Of a stretch of DNA of 64,000 nt, positions 47,706-61,439 are shown one piece after another. The stretch lies in the NCBI RefSeq assembly GCF_964188315.1, contig NC_135655.1:82150001-82214000 (forward strand), given 5' to 3'. Made by a program: the position numbers and the translations under genes. The number at the start of each line of letters is the position of its first letter. The stretch's first letter is position 1. A model generated the notes under the pieces. It was not told the DNA's origin. It saw nothing but the letters and a program-made list of their open reading frames with translations, and ran no database searches. The DNA comes from Podarcis muralis. Its lineage: Eukaryota.

Positions 47706-50126
47706 CAATGTTAAGGTTTAGTGTTGATATGGAATGCTCTGTGAAGACTGCTGGAGGATAGCAGCTGTTTATTTGGGATTTGGCTGATATTTGACTGGAA
47801 TATTTAAAAAGAATAAGTAATTTTGTGGCAGAAATTGGGCCTTGTGGAAATATTTCAAGGACTATTTTCCAATAGGACTTCTCCAATAGCTGCCTCTCTT
47901 AGAGAACCAAAAGAAGTTGATAGCAACTTCCCAGTGAAGCCTTGAAGACTCAATGAATATCCTTTTTGACTAAGAGAGCAGAAGATAGAAATGAAATATA
48001 CTTTATGGTGTTTCAAGTTGTTGCTCAGCTTTACTGTATGAACTACTTTGAGTCCAGATGTTGAAAAGCTATGTATATAGATACATAATCTGATCAAATA
48101 AAAGCAAATAACTAAATGTTTGAAGCACTTTACATACATTCTCTCTGGCATCTTACCAAACCCCTGTAAGGTAAGCTCATATTATAGTCCTTACTTTGGA
48201 CAAATTTCATGGAGAATTAGCTTATTAGGCATATTTATATTGGATAGATACCTCAATGGCTTCTAGTCAGAATTGCTAATGGAAACCTCTTTGGATAAAA
48301 GAAGCATATATCTGGGACAAGCAACAGGAAGATGGTCAGCACCAAAACTCCCTGCATGCAGAAGCTTCTGACTGGCTCATGTTGGTGACAAGATGGTGAG
48401 CTAGATGAGCCTTCAACTGATTCAACAAGGCACTTAAATAATGTTTTAAACAGTTGCATTGAGGCTGATTGAGCATGGATTGATGAAGGCCACACAGTCT
48501 GCTATTAGTATTACATCAGTCCATACTGCTGAGGGTTTTGTAATGTTGTGATTACAGAGTCAGGGTGTTCTAGTGGACGCTGTATAAAAGACATGGGATT
48601 CAATGGGGAAGGGTTGCAAAAGCAGCAGTTGCTCCTCCCCTGGATGAGCATTAGTCTGCAATGTCCCAGTTTCTAGCATCTGCAACATCCCAGTTTCTAG
48701 ACACTACTCTCATTTCTTTTGTCTTGCTGCCACCTTTCAGTAGCCAAGGAATGAGGTTATAGCATTGCTTCACCTTTTAAGCACCCATTGTCTAGACTCT
48801 AGAGAAGGAACTTCTTGTTTTGTTTTTATTAAGCCTTTCTTCTGGTCTTCTTTGTTGGAGAAGTAGTTGATGCTCCACAGAAAACAAACAAACTGGTTTT
48901 TAAAATTTTATTGTAGCTGGGATTGGAGATGGTATACTGTGTGCCAAGTTAAGAACAACAGGTAGCTACAATGACTGGAGTTCATGAGCTTTCTAATTTA
49001 GGTCTTCTTTCATACATTAAAAAGGTGATTCCTACCCTACTGGGTATGTAAACATTAAAAAATGCACTCTCCTAATACCAATCAGATAAAGTCCATCATT
49101 ATACCCATTGTTGTTAAAATCACTTTGCTGGAGGAAGGGAAAGTTAGAGTTGAGCAGCTTTTGCCCATCTGGTGACCTCCATATACTTGTGTTTACTTCC
49201 GGTTGGGCTGCCCAGAGTACAGAGCAGAAGTCAGTGGTAGCCTAGTTGGTGCCTCATACTTGTGAAACTGTTGAAGCTGCAGGGAAGTTTTGGAGGAGGC
49301 CACAGAACCCTGGTTCTCTTGGGTTACTTAGTATAATATTTTGTTTTTTTGAGAGCAGAGTCCTAACAACACTGACAATGTACCATGCAGATTGCTTTCT
49401 AGTGGAGATTTCCATTAAAAAGATCTGATAACATCATCATGCTTCTCCTTATTGTTGTTGTTGTTGTATTTATAATCCACCCTTCAACCCAAAGGTACCC
49501 AGGCAGCACACAAACAATTCATTAAACTACAACACAACAATAAAAACCATGGAGCACTAATCATACTCAGAATATCAACGGATATGACTAACATAGCTGA
49601 TAAATTTCAGTGGGTCTACTCTGTATATAAATTGGATAAAACCCGATAATGGCAAATAGTGTTATAAAACAGCAAACCAGCTGTTTTCATGATGACACAT
49701 TTTTTAATAAGTTGGTGGAATCTTATTTAAAAAATTGTCACATGAAAGCAGTGACTTTGGCTTCATGTATCTCAGGTGTGCATTTGTATATACATGCATG
49801 TAACAAGCACCACACATTCAGAAGCCTATGAACTCCAGGATGTTCTTTTTGTGTATGGAGTTACACAATTGCCTGAGTTGAGGGCCTTGCTCCATTTTGA
49901 AAGGTCTGCTATTTTTACAGGAACAGTGGCTTGAAAGCTTTCCTCTTCTTACAGAGCACTAATTAACCCATAAGGAGTTGGTACACAAGGGGGGTGGGGA
50001 TATTGTTGGCATGTTGGTCTCATGGTACCACTGCATTTAACTTTGATGCAAGGCAGATTATTAAACTGGAAGTCAACAACCTCAGAGCAGTAAACAAGAG
50101 ACCATTAACTATTTGATGCTGTAGAG

Positions 50127-50312
50127 CAGGGGTTGTCAACCTGGTTCCTACCACCCACTAGTGGGCGTTTCAGGATTCTAGGTGGGTGGTAGGGGGTAGT
50201 ACGGCAGAAGCTGAATCCTCCTTCCATCGAGCACTGGTGAGCTGTAAGGAAATGTTACCATCAAGAAAGATGCATTAGTGGGTGGTAGGTATAAAAAGGT
50301 TGACTACCCCTA
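50127..50312. mobile_element. hAT-type MITE
   Basis: caggggttgtcaacc...ggttgactacccct termini and an 8-bp TSD CTGTAGAG (50119-50126, 50313-50320). Empty sites near 29170 and 35615. Confidence 0.85.
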
Positions 50313-51074
50313 CTGTAGAGTTTTATGGTCTATGTTATGTTGCACATGCTGAACTTTTTCAATCAATGCAGCAACTGCAGGCCTTTCACTAATATCTGTA
50401 GCAATCTTAGTCAAGAGTATGCTTGCCTATCAAACAGTTGTTTGAATCTTAGAGGACCTTGGAGGAATACAGATTCCACTCTTGGATCTAAGAAAGAGCA
50501 AATGATCCAGTAGCTGCTTCCACTGGAGGACACAAGGAAAGGAAAGAATGATATCCCAGGTAACTTCCTGATGGTAGGATAGAAGCTGCTAGACCAGCCC
50601 ATTGCTCCTAACCATGCTGACCACGATAGGTTACAGGTGGGTAAAGGTGAGGATAAGAATTTCCAAGCCTCCAGACTCCTCCTGATGGCTTATAAGCACT
50701 ATAGTAAGTCATGGAAAAAGAGAGGGTCAAAGAAGTCAGACACCCCTTATTGAGGGAGATGAAAGGAGCTGGTGGGCAGAGCCTGTCTGGTCTGATAGGA
50801 GGGCAGAGAAGAGAGTGCAGCCTAAATGATGCGAGGAGCCAAAGATCTGAGGAGTCTTGGAGCCCAAGAATTTGAAGTTCATCAAAAGGCTATTGACTGC
50901 TTTAAATATGGCCTGATTCAGGAATTTCAACCTGGAGATTACAGTTCTAAAGGTCAAAACATGCGAGATAGGCTCATATCTACAGTGGGTTAAAAAGAAG
51001 TTCTAATTGAATCCCTTCTCTTGAAAAACAATGAAACTGCACATTTAACTTATGATTGCTGTTAGCAAATAACA

Positions 51075-51420
51075 GACACTCCAAGTGTCCCTATTTTCCA
51101 GGGACGCCCCTGATTTAGATAAGTCATCCCAGTTTCTGGTTTGATCCCAGAATGTCCCACTTTCCCTAAGGATGTCCCTATTTTCATTGGATAAATGTTG
51201 GAGGGTATGGAGTTATTCGATCCCCAAGCCACCTGAAGACAATCCTGTATAGGGAAGTTTTTTTAAAAAAATGTTTAATGTTTTATTATGTTTTTATATA
51301 TGTTGGAAGCTGCCCAGAGTGGCTAGGGCGACCCAGTAAGATGTGTGGGGTATAAATAGTAAAATCATCATTATGGAATAGAACGTCCCTATTTTCATCA
51401 TAGAAATGTTGGAGGATATG
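51075..51420. repeat. Interspersed repeat with gtccctattttc motifs and an embedded L2-like tail
   Basis: Repeated tccctattttc and aaatgttggagg(g/a)tatg motifs. Not present in other B units. Family not determined. Confidence 0.45.
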
Positions 51421-52435
51421 AAATAATAGTGCCAATATTTTGTGTTTGGACACTTTGAATAGAATCAATTAACTATTTTTCTCTTAAATGCATGTAACTA
51501 TTGCAAAGCGCACACACATACACAAACATTACAGGAAGATGGTGTCGTAAGTACTGCAAGCAAGGAGAGTTCAATGTTTCCGCATGCATGTTTGTGAAAG
51601 GGCTCCGCTGAAATGTTCTCAGAATTAAACTGCAAAATGCAGTGTAATTTAAGAGCATATGTTTTCCATGTGTTTTCTTTAACAGAATGAGATGTGCACA
51701 TATAGTGGTCACCCTTTGTAGACAGGCCTAGTTCACTGCTGATAATAATCACTTAGTGTTCAATGCCAGCAAGTTGGCCGCAGACAGAGGTGTTTCTGGG
51801 GAATCTTCACATGTTGGAATGTGGGCTCAGTCCCCCTCTGCCCTCCCTATATCATATGGTTGCCGTATTTCAAAAAGTGACAATCTGGACACAAAAGGTT
51901 TTTGGGTTTTTTGCCAAAGTCGTTTACCTTTTTTAGTTTTGCCTAAAGCTGTTTAGCCTTTTTTATTGGAATCACCCCAAAATGACACTGCCAACATGGA
52001 TTGCCATGTGTCTGGATTGTCCCATACATTTTTGTCAATTTATAGCTGGACACTGCTTACGACTGCAGTATTCCGTATATGTCCGGGAAGTTCTGGACAT
52101 ATGGCCACCCTACTACATCACCCTCTCTTTATGCTGTGTAAAGCTATGTATACTGCCTTATTTCAAGGTAATAGAGTACCACTGCTTTAAATTCTGAAGG
52201 AGGAGATATGGAAACACCATCCTCATATGTTAAAGGTCTTCTCCACCAATGGTGATCCTTTAAATTTTATATTCCAGCCATAATTCAGGGGTTTAAACCT
52301 CAATTTCTTTATTTAAAAAAGCACATATAGCAGTGAAGACTAATTACCTCATTTCTGATGGTGACTGATTTCCAAATCTTCCCACTCCTCACCCACCACC
52401 ATTTTGTTTCTCTTTGATTCCATCAGGGGGAAAAA

Positions 52436-53362
52436 ATGCCTGACAGGAACAGCAGTAGAGTGAAGGAGTTTGTGTTCACGGGATTCACTGACAGTCCAGA
52501 GTTGGCTGCCATCTTGTTTGCATTGTTTCTAGTCAATTATCTCATCACAATTGTGGGGAATCTTGGGATGCTTATGTTAATCAGGGCTGATGCTCGATTT
52601 CACACCCCCATGTATTTCTTCCTTAGTAATTTGTCCTTCTTAGACATTTGCTACTCAACTACCATCAGTCCCAGGCTGCTGAAAGACCTCCTAAGGGAAA
52701 AGAAAGTTATTACTTTCAATGAGTGTATAGTTCAGTTCTATTTTTATGTAACTTTTGCCACCACTGAGTGTTACCTCCTGGCTGCTATGGCATATGACCG
52801 CTACATGGCCATCTGCAACCCACTCACCTACACAATCACCATGTCTCAGAAGGTTTGTGCTTTTCTGGTGGCTGGTTCATACATTGCTGGAACTGTCAAT
52901 GCTGTGATACACACAGGTTGCATGACTCGTTTATCATTTTGTGGTCCTAATGTCATTGATCATTTTTACTGTGAAGGTCCCCCACTCTTTCAACTTTCCT
53001 GTTCTGATACCAGCCTCAATATCTTTGTCATGTTTTCATTTGCTAGCTTTAACCTGATAAGCACCCATTTGACAGTCCTTATCTCTTACTCTTACATTGT
53101 TGCCACTATTTTGAGAATCCGCTCAGTTGAGGGCAGGCATAAAGCCTTCTCCACCTGCTCTTCCCACCTGATGGCTGTTATTATCCTTTATGGAAGCTTT
53201 ATCTTTATGTATCTCCAACGTTATACATCAAGAAATGGAGGCAAAGTGGCCTCTTTGTTGTATGCGGTGGTAATACCCATGCTAAACCCCCTCATCTACA
53301 GCTTGAGAAATAAGGAAGTGAAGAGTGCTTTGAGACGTGTGATGGAGAAGTATGTTGCCTGA
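52436..53362 (+). CDS. Olfactory receptor type B5, 308 aa
   Basis: Intact ORF with OR motifs and an intact acceptor gattccatcag. Confidence 0.96.
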   Translation: MPDRNSSRVKEFVFTGFTDSPELAAILFALFLVNYLITIVGNLGMLMLIRADARFHTPMYFFLSNLSFLDICYSTTISPRLLKDLLREKKVITFNECIVQFYFYVTFATTECYLLAAMAYDRYMAICNPLTYTITMSQKVCAFLVAGSYIAGTVNAVIHTGCMTRLSFCGPNVIDHFYCEGPPLFQLSCSDTSLNIFVMFSFASFNLISTHLTVLISYSYIVATILRIRSVEGRHKAFSTCSSHLMAVIILYGSFIFMYLQRYTSRNGGKVASLLYAVVIPMLNPLIYSLRNKEVKSALRRVMEKYVA

Positions 53363-53485
53363 CAATGTTAAAGCTTATAATTGATATAGGACTTTTGGTA
53401 CAGACTGCTGGATGGTTGCAGCTGTGTCTCTGACATTTGGCTGATGTTTAACTGGAAGATAAAAAACTAAGAGAGAGAGGAAATA

Positions 53486-53489
53486 AGAA

Positions 53490-53533
<44 letters not shown>

Positions 53534-53536
53534 AAA
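53486..53536. repeat. (GAAA)n microsatellite
   Basis: Seen directly. Confidence 0.95.
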
Positions 53537-53748
53537 TATTGCAATGGGTCAGAAACTGGACTACTGTGGAAATATATCCAGGATTCCTCTCTTGCATGAT
53601 ATCTTCAATAGCCAATTCCTCTGAAAGAGCCAAGAGTAATTGATAGCATCTGCCCAGTGAAGTCTACAAGTCTCAAGAAATATCCTATTTGAAGAAGAGA
53701 AGAAAAGATATATGAACTTCTTGATTATACACTTGTTGAAAAGCAGTA

Positions 53749-53990
53749 CAGTGGTACCTCAGGTTAAGAACTTAATTCATTCTGGAGGTCTGTTCTTAAC
53801 CTGAAATTGTTCTTAACCTGAGGTACCACTTTAGCTAATAGGGCCTCCTGATGCCGCTATGCCGCTGGAGCACGATTTCTGTTCTCATCCTGAAGCAAAG
53901 TTCTTAACCTGAGGTACTATTTCTGGGTTAGTGGAGTCTGTAACCTGAAGCGTCTGAACCCTGAAGTATCTGTAACCCGAGGTACCACTG
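53749..53990. mobile_element. Tc1/mariner-type MITE
   Basis: TA-cagtggtacctc...gaggtaccactg-TA. Same family as 6791-7031. Confidence 0.9.
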
Positions 53991-54309
53991 TATCACTAAA
54001 AAGTTTTGCAACTGTAATTTAAAATATGCAGAATGTTACAACAGCAGTAAAATAGACTAAAACAATTAAAACTCCTGCAAAATTTCTAAACATATGGGTA
54101 GGTTTATCTGAATAAGAATGCCTTTAACAGGTACAGCAAGGAATACAGCGAAGGCACCTATCCGATATCAAAAATCAGGGAGTTCTAAAGTGTCAGTGCT
54201 GGCACACCAAATGATATGTTCTTACAGATGTGGTGCAGGTATTTTGTTGATTTATAAACGTGCCAATTCTGTTGATTGTGTACACACATGGGGTAAGGCG
54301 ATATCGTAG

Positions 54310-54470
54310 GTAGACTGGTTGTTAAAGGGTTTAAATACTAAGAGTAACACCTTGAACCTGGTCCTGTCACAGATTGGCAACAAGTGCAGATCTCTGAACA
54401 CAGGGGTTATATGCTTGAGGAAGGACTTCTAGCAGGAGATGGGTTGCACCTCACACAGTGGTTGGCAACA
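54310..54470 (-). mobile_element. Old L2-like fragment
   Basis: Resembles the reverse complement of the L2 near 23050-23145 (tttaaa..c.a.caccttgaacctg.tcctg). Confidence 0.5.
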
Positions 54471-54684
54471 ATATGTTTGCTAAGAGTCTCCTGAACCTGA
54501 TCAGGAGTGCTTTAAACTAAATCCTAAGGAGAAGGGAGACAGTATTACAGATGACAGGTGAACACCTGGTACTGGGGATAATAGCTCCATTTGTTGCTCA
54601 GAAAACTGAAGTGGTGCTACAGAAACTTGGTAAAGAGCAAGCAACTACAAGAAGGAAGCAGCTGGAGGGAATGACTCATGGTTT

Positions 54685-54830
54685 CTGTTGTCTCCATACT
54701 ATTGCACAGAGTATGGGAAACAAGCAAGATGAATTGGAACCTTGTGGGTATTACTGAAACTTGTGGGATGGGACTCATTACTGGAATGTAGAAATTGAGG
54801 TATAACCTGTTCAAAAGAAATTGTACAAAC
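54685..54830 (+). mobile_element. CR1-type LINE endonuclease N-terminal fragment
   Basis: LHTIAQSMGNKQDELE, then (frameshifted) VGITETCGMG/DGTHYWNVEIE. Matches the CR1 ORF2 start pattern LYTNA.S.GNK..ELE...GITETWWD. Confidence 0.65.
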
Positions 54831-56259
54831 ATTTTTAGATCCAAAAATACGAGGCAAAATGTTCAGGCTCTATTCTCATTTGTTTTTTTAAAGAAGCTAG
54901 CATTTCCCCACCTTTCAGTGTTTTTAGCTAATGAATGAAGTTATAGCATTGATTGACCTTTAAAACACCCACTGTATAGCCTGTGCTGTTGTTGTTGTCA
55001 CCCATACCCTGCTCTTCAGCCAAAATGGTTACCAGAGTGGCTTACATACAATCATTTAAACAAGACACTTCCTGCCTGCAAGTGAGCCCTGCTTCCTGCT
55101 ATGTAAGCCTGGGGCTGCTGTATGAATGTAATGCTTTTTGGACCCTTGAGCCCCTGTAGTTTCCATGGTGAGTTTCTTCTTTTAGTCTTGCCTTATAGTA
55201 ATAAAGGACATTTGTTCTTTGAGAGGCCTGCTTCCTTCTGACATGCTTTCCTAATACCCCAACACAACACTTCCCATCTCTCCCAATGAGGCGGTCTGAT
55301 GGAATGCCTGCTTTCAGGTAACTCCTTACACTTGTGAAATTGCAAAAGCCACAACAATGCTTTGGAGAAGATCCATTAGTGATGAGAAATAGCTCAGGTA
55401 TTGTGCATAGTTCCTTTCTACTGTAAATGACTAGAAAAAACCAGAGTAAGTTATGCAAAAAAGCAAAAATAAAACCTAAAACAACATGTATGTTCTAACT
55501 TAATTCACACAGGCTACAGAATCCTGGCTCTCTTGGTGTGGAATCTGGATTACTTTCGAATAGGATTTTGAGTTTTGAGAGCAGAGTCCTCGCATCACTG
55601 ACAACATACCATACAAATTGCATTCTGGTGGTGATTTCAAATCAAAGATCTGATAACATCATCATGGTTGTTGTTATATTACCAATTAGCATCTTAAAAC
55701 AGAAATTCAGTTGTTTAATGACGACAGATTTTTGGATAGGAGTGGCATCTCATCCAAAAATTTGTTATAAGAAAGCAGTAATGTTGGCTTTACGTGCCTC
55801 AGGTCATTATTTGTGTATACAAGCACCACACATTTTAAAAGCTACAAACTCCAGTGTGTTTCAGTATGGAGCTACTCATTTGCCAGGGTTCAGGACCTTG
55901 CTCCATTTTGACAGACTGATGTTTTTCACTGGGACAGTTTCTTGAAAGTGTCCATCTTCTTACAGAGTCCTCATTAGACTTTAATGAATTTGTTTACAAT
56001 AAGAGGGGGCAGAATGTTGACATATTGGTCTCATGGCACCACTACATTTAACTAGACCCAAGGCAGATTATTAAATTGGAAGTCAACAACCTCAACAGTA
56101 TCAGAGTACTTTGACTCCTCTCAATGACTAGTCTATCCCTACAGCGCACTTGTCTCTAGTCCCCCTACACTCTGGTTGCTTATATTTTGTTGTCATTTTG
56201 AAATCACTCTGTTGTATTACTCTCTGAAGGAGTGCCAGAATGAGGTGGTCCTGTGACAC

Positions 56260-56703
56260 TATTAGGATCATCCTGCTCGTGTGTAGGACCCTGGCAGAGA
56301 CACATGCCCAACTGGCACGTTGTCTCCCTTCTGGTCGGTCATTCGGGAGCTTCAAAAGCTTTCTCCAGCCCGAACATCACAGTGACTGATACCAAGAAGC
56401 ATCAGCACATTTAGGGATCCTGCAGAGTATTTGCAGTTCGTGTAACAGAACTCAGTAGCACAGCATTTTGGCTAATCTACGTTTATTTACATATAATACA
56501 CTTGGAGCATTCTGACTTAGCTCCTTCCTCGTTCTCATTAGACAGCAAAGAGAAAGAACAAAGGACAATAGTCCCACTTCACGGAACACAGTAACACAAA
56601 CATCCTGTCCCTGTCACTTCCCACACTGTGGAATAAAAACGTACACCACCATGTGATAGAACAACAATCCCATGACTGCAAACATGGAGCAAGAATCCCA
56701 ACA
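56260..56703 (-). mobile_element. Solo LTR (444 bp)
   Basis: Element strand TGTTGGGAT...ATCCTAATA (inverted termini with one change) and a 5-bp TSD GACAC (56255-56259, 56704-56708). Confidence 0.8.
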
Positions 56704-57780
56704 GACACTGGCCAACTTGCAGAGGTGATATTGTTACTTATATTCCCTTGTTCTTTTGAAACCCCACTGTGTTTGAAACCCCAAAATACTGGAGAAGGAT
56801 ATGAATTGGAAACTAAATAGATATATGGCTATATGTTTATTCAACATTCATTTATTTAAAACCAAACATTTATTCAAAAGTTACAATGCAGCTTTGTCCA
56901 CTGCCAGAATATCACAGAATGTTTATTCTGCACATGACCCCTGGTCATGTCTCTTCTAGAGGCCATACCCACAGAACACTGGGATGGGGCAATTTGTTCC
57001 TATTCTTTACACTGTTCCCAATAGTTTTATAGGATGGTATGACTAAAACACAGAGTAAACCAATTGACATCAATGGACTTTAGCTAGTAATGATTTACTT
57101 AGGCCCATTTATTTCAATGGGTCCGCTTTCTGGCACAATTCATTTATCAGAGAAAAAGCTGTGTTGTTTTACAACAACAACAAAAGTTTCTGTGGCATGC
57201 AAAAAATAAGATACCCCATCAGCACAATCTCTGTCATGTTTATGCCTGTCCATCAGATAACATAACAGTGCTGAGCTGTTGTTTTTGCTTGCTACTTTGT
57301 TAATGTTGTTAAGATTGATTTATAGATTATAAATGATGTATTGATTTTTTAACCATATAATATGATTTTTTTGATTGTAATGATTATTTTATAGTTGTTG
57401 CTTTGTTGCTTTGTTAATAGTATTTTATAGATAGATTGATTAATAAATAAATAAATAACCAGTGAAACAATTACATTCTTCATAATTTATACTGTATTTG
57501 TGAAACTCTATTATGCTCTATCATGTTAATATTTATTGTTCAGAAGCTGCTTTGGGATTCATTTTAAGGAAAAGCAGCATAGAAGTATAGTAAATCAAAT
57601 CAAAGACAATCTATAAGGATAATATTCTAGAGGAGTTGCCAAGTTGTGCTGTTTTAGTGATAGAAAATGTACTGTAACATATTTATGTGTGGACTTGAGC
57701 TCATTTCTTTCAAATGAATAAAATGGAGAACAAATATTTTACAAAAATATAGATGTAAGCCCAGTGCAAGACTGAACTTT

Positions 57781-57813
57781 CACACACACACACACACACA
57801 CATGCTTACACGC

Positions 57814-57848
<35 letters not shown>
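57781..57848. repeat. Compound (CA)n and (GA)n microsatellite
   Basis: Seen directly. Confidence 0.9.
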
Positions 57849-57850
<2 letters not shown>

Positions 57851-58822
57851 AGAAAGCAGAAATACAATATATGAATCATTCAAGTAAAGTTAACAAGCTT
57901 TACAGTGCAATCCTATAGATATCATCTCAGAAGTAAGTCCTACTGAGGTCAATGGGTCTCTACTCCAGTTAAGGCTGTATAAGCAAAGCTGGGAAACCTA
58001 TTGTCCTCTAGATGTTGTTGGATGACAATTCCCATAATCTCTGACCATTTGCCTTGACTGGGACTGATTGGAGCTGGAATAAATGACACCTGGAAGGCCA
58101 CAGGTCCCATTTCCTCATATGTAGAAAAGCAGCCTCAGTCACCAGACACCAGACGACACAAACCAATCAATATGTTTGATAGTTATTGATTTTATTACCC
58201 TGCCCCAAATGTGAGTAGATTACATTATTATTGCAAAAAGGAATCTAAGGCAGAAAGAAACTGCTCTGATCCAGCAATACTCTTCAATGTGAGGTAGGGA
58301 TTTACAAAAGAGAAGTCACATAATTCAGGGGTTGGGGGACCTGTGGCCCTCTAAATACTGCTGTAGTCCTTCTAGATACTGCCATCATTTGTGACCTTGG
58401 CCATATCAGTTGAGGCTGATGGAAACTGGAATCTAGCAAAATTTATAGGGCGACAGGTTGCCATTCATGACATAATTGCTTAACAAAAGTGTTTTTCCAC
58501 ATGTGGCATGTTGCATGTAAATAAATGTGCACAGCGATGCAGTGTAGATGATAACTGATCTGTTTTCTCATTATTATTACAGATGTGGGGATGTATCTGC
58601 ATGAATACTGCATGTAGTATTAGCTGTGACTTGTGCCCTTTTGTAAAGGGATATATTTCAAATGAACCTGATAGGCTGTAATTTTCCAACCGCTTACTAT
58701 TGAGTCATTCCAGAAGTTTCAGCCAACCTCATTCTGCACATTTCTGATTCTCTAGCTAGTAGGAAATTGAGAATCAGCTATAAGTGAAAGGGGAAAAAAC
58801 CATTCAGTAATAACATAGGATT

Positions 58823-58908
58823 TCAGTTTAAGACAGGACTTAGCTTCTTGTTGATGAGTTTTCTGAAAGCTGCATTAACATCTTTGTTCCTCAAGCTGTA
58901 GATCAGAG
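58823..58908 (-). pseudogene. Duplicated 3' end of the OR5AR1-like gene
   Basis: Encodes [27 protein letters not shown]-stop. Its flank at 58700-58820 duplicates parts of 59200-59430. Confidence 0.85.
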
Positions 58909-59431
58909 CTGTTTTCATGATGACACATTTTTAAAGAAGATGGTGGAATCTTCCTGTTATGTATGCTAGGAGGTGCTGTATTTGAATGTAATGCTTTTTG
59001 GACCCTTGAGCTCCTATGAGTTTCATGGTGCAGTACTCCAAGGGGAATTTCTTCTTTTAGTCATGTCTTGTAGAAAGAAAGGGACACTTCTGATATTTTC
59101 CTTATATCCCAACACAACACTTCCCATCTCTTCCACTGAGGTGGTCTGATGGAATGCCTGTTTCAGGTGACCCCTCACACTTGTTAAATTGCAGAGTCCA
59201 CATGAAGTTTCAGTCAACCTCATTCAGCACAGATGATTTTGAAATTGCAAATGACATAGCTCAATGAATGTCAGACAATAACTCTGTGGTTGAACTCCTT
59301 CATATTCTGGTTCTCTAGCTAGTAGGAAATTGATGATCAGCTATAAGGGAAAGGAAATCATTCTGAAACCTACAAGTCAAGTTCGTATGGAACCAGTTCA
59401 CAAAAAACCCATTCAGTAATAATACTGCATT

Positions 59432-60370
59432 TTAGTTTAAGACAGAGTTCAGCTTCTTGATAATGAGTTTTCTGAAAGCTTTCTTAACATCTTTGTTCCT
59501 CAGGCTGTAGATCAGAGGATTGAGCATGGGGATCGCTACTGTGTAGAACACAGAAGCCCATTTGTCTTGATCCAAGGCATACACAGAGGTGGGCCGGAGA
59601 TACATGAAAATCACAGACCCATAAAATAAAGCGACCCCTGTGAAGTGGGACCCACAGGTAGAGAAGGCTTTGAGCCTCCCTGAGGGCATTCTCAGGACGG
59701 CTGCTAAAATGAAGATGTAAGAGAGAAGGATGATGGAGAGGGAGCTCATCGCAACAAAGCCAGCAAATGCAAAAAGCAAAATCTCATTAATGTGGGTGTC
59801 AGAACAAGCGATTGCCAGCAGTGGAGGGACATCACAGAAGAAATGGTTGATGAGGTTGGAACTGCAGAACTGCAGGCTGAAGGTGGCTGTTGTGTGTATT
59901 ATGGCACTAGTTGTGCCAGCAATGTATGACCCAAGTAGGAGCCAGATGCAGAGGGACTTGGACATGGCAGTGGAATAGAGCAATGGGTTGCAGATGGCCA
60001 CATAGCGGTCATAGGCCATCACTGCTAAAATGTAGCACTCGGCATCCCCAAAGGCAGCACTGAAGTAGAACTGGGCAGTACATTCAAGGAAGGAGATGGT
60101 CCTGCTCTCAGATAACAAGTCAGACAGCATTCTGGGGGCAATGGCAGATGAGTAGCAGATGTCACAGAAGGACAGGTGCCAGAGGAAGAAGTACATAGGA
60201 TTGTGAAGGTGGGAATCAAGTGTGATCAAGATGATCATGCCCAGGTTTCCCACAACACTGACCAGATAGATGAACAGGAATACCACAAATAATAAGATTT
60301 TCATACCTGGATCGTTTGAGATGCCCTGGAGAATGAACTCGGTGATGGTGGTACTGTTTTCATTCACCAT
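59432..60370 (-). CDS. OR5AR1: Olfactory receptor, OR5AR1-like, 312 aa
   Basis: Intact [33 protein letters not shown] and [21 protein letters not shown] closely match mammalian OR5AR1 as I recall it. OR identity is secure; orthology needs a tree. Acceptor ttctccAG at 60394-60393. Confidence 0.85.
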   Translation of the reverse strand: MVNENSTTITEFILQGISNDPGMKILLFVVFLFIYLVSVVGNLGMIILITLDSHLHNPMYFFLWHLSFCDICYSSAIAPRMLSDLLSESRTISFLECTAQFYFSAAFGDAECYILAVMAYDRYVAICNPLLYSTAMSKSLCIWLLLGSYIAGTTSAIIHTTATFSLQFCSSNLINHFFCDVPPLLAIACSDTHINEILLFAFAGFVAMSSLSIILLSYIFILAAVLRMPSGRLKAFSTCGSHFTGVALFYGSVIFMYLRPTSVYALDQDKWASVFYTVAIPMLNPLIYSLRNKDVKKAFRKLIIKKLNSVLN

Positions 60371-61439
60371 TTTTAGGAAAAGATACAGTGGTCTGGAGAA
60401 ATGTAGGAAATGTGGATGGCAGGGTTGTTTTAAATATTAATTAGTCTATGAGATATCAAAGTTTTCTTGGGTCCCAGTTGCTCTGCAAGGCTGATGATTA
60501 CATAGCTGCGTCTCACCAAGGCTTCTTTTAGAAGATCCAGAGTTCCTGAGTGATGCTCCCCTTTGTCTTTTCCTTGAACCTTTCTACGGGTGGGAGAGAT
60601 GAACTCTGACGTTTTGATCATTGGTTAAGTCAGCATCCTACTGATCCCTGTAAGCTCCTGGGTGTCTATTTATTGTGCATTGCGTTTCCTACCTCCTAAA
60701 AATGATGTGATAATTAAAGAGTAGGAATGGCAGAGGCAGGGAGCTCTGTCCCCAGAGGATTTCTGATCTCTGATTCCCTCATCAGGAGACATATCTTTGT
60801 GGAGGTGTCATGGGTATAGGCATCCCATGCGATTTGCTTTCTCATTGTGCTCCCTGTCATTTCCCCTCCCCTCTTGCAAAAGAAAATACATGGCACCCAT
60901 TTCTCTTGCTTTCTGGCAGGGTTTCTCAGGCAATGGGACTAATTGTGGTTTGTCAGGGGCCCTCATTTTCCTTCCTGCACCTGACATCACCAACGCTCTC
61001 AAGGACTGGCAGGACTCTCAAGAGTGTGCAGTGAAGGCAGGGGACCAGGGGAGTTACCCAGGCAAGGGGACCATCGATATATGGGTCCTGACCGTGCCTA
61101 CAAAGCAGGAGCCAGGGGAGAGTCAGGACAGAGTGGGATGGAGGAAGGCACAGCAGATGGGGCAGCAGAAGAAGAGGCAGTTCAGCTAACATATGGATCA
61201 GTAGACTTTCCACCTTCCTCTGCCCGCTGTCTCCTAAATCCAGGAGGGGCTTGAAGTGGGAAGGGCAGTGGCACCTTCCATACCGGTAGAGGTCTCTGGT
61301 TGCTGGAGCACAACCCACCAGGGGAGGACATATAAGCAGGTGGAGAGGTGGAATTTAACTGTTGCTGCAACTGCTCCATAGGCTCCAGACCTTTAGGATC
61401 CAATAGGCTAGAGGAGTATATTTGTGTGTGTATCTAGAG

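Noticed and set aside
56370-56392. TGGTATCAG, resembling a tRNA-Met PBS
   Set aside because: Falls inside the TSD-delimited solo LTR rather than next to an LTR end.
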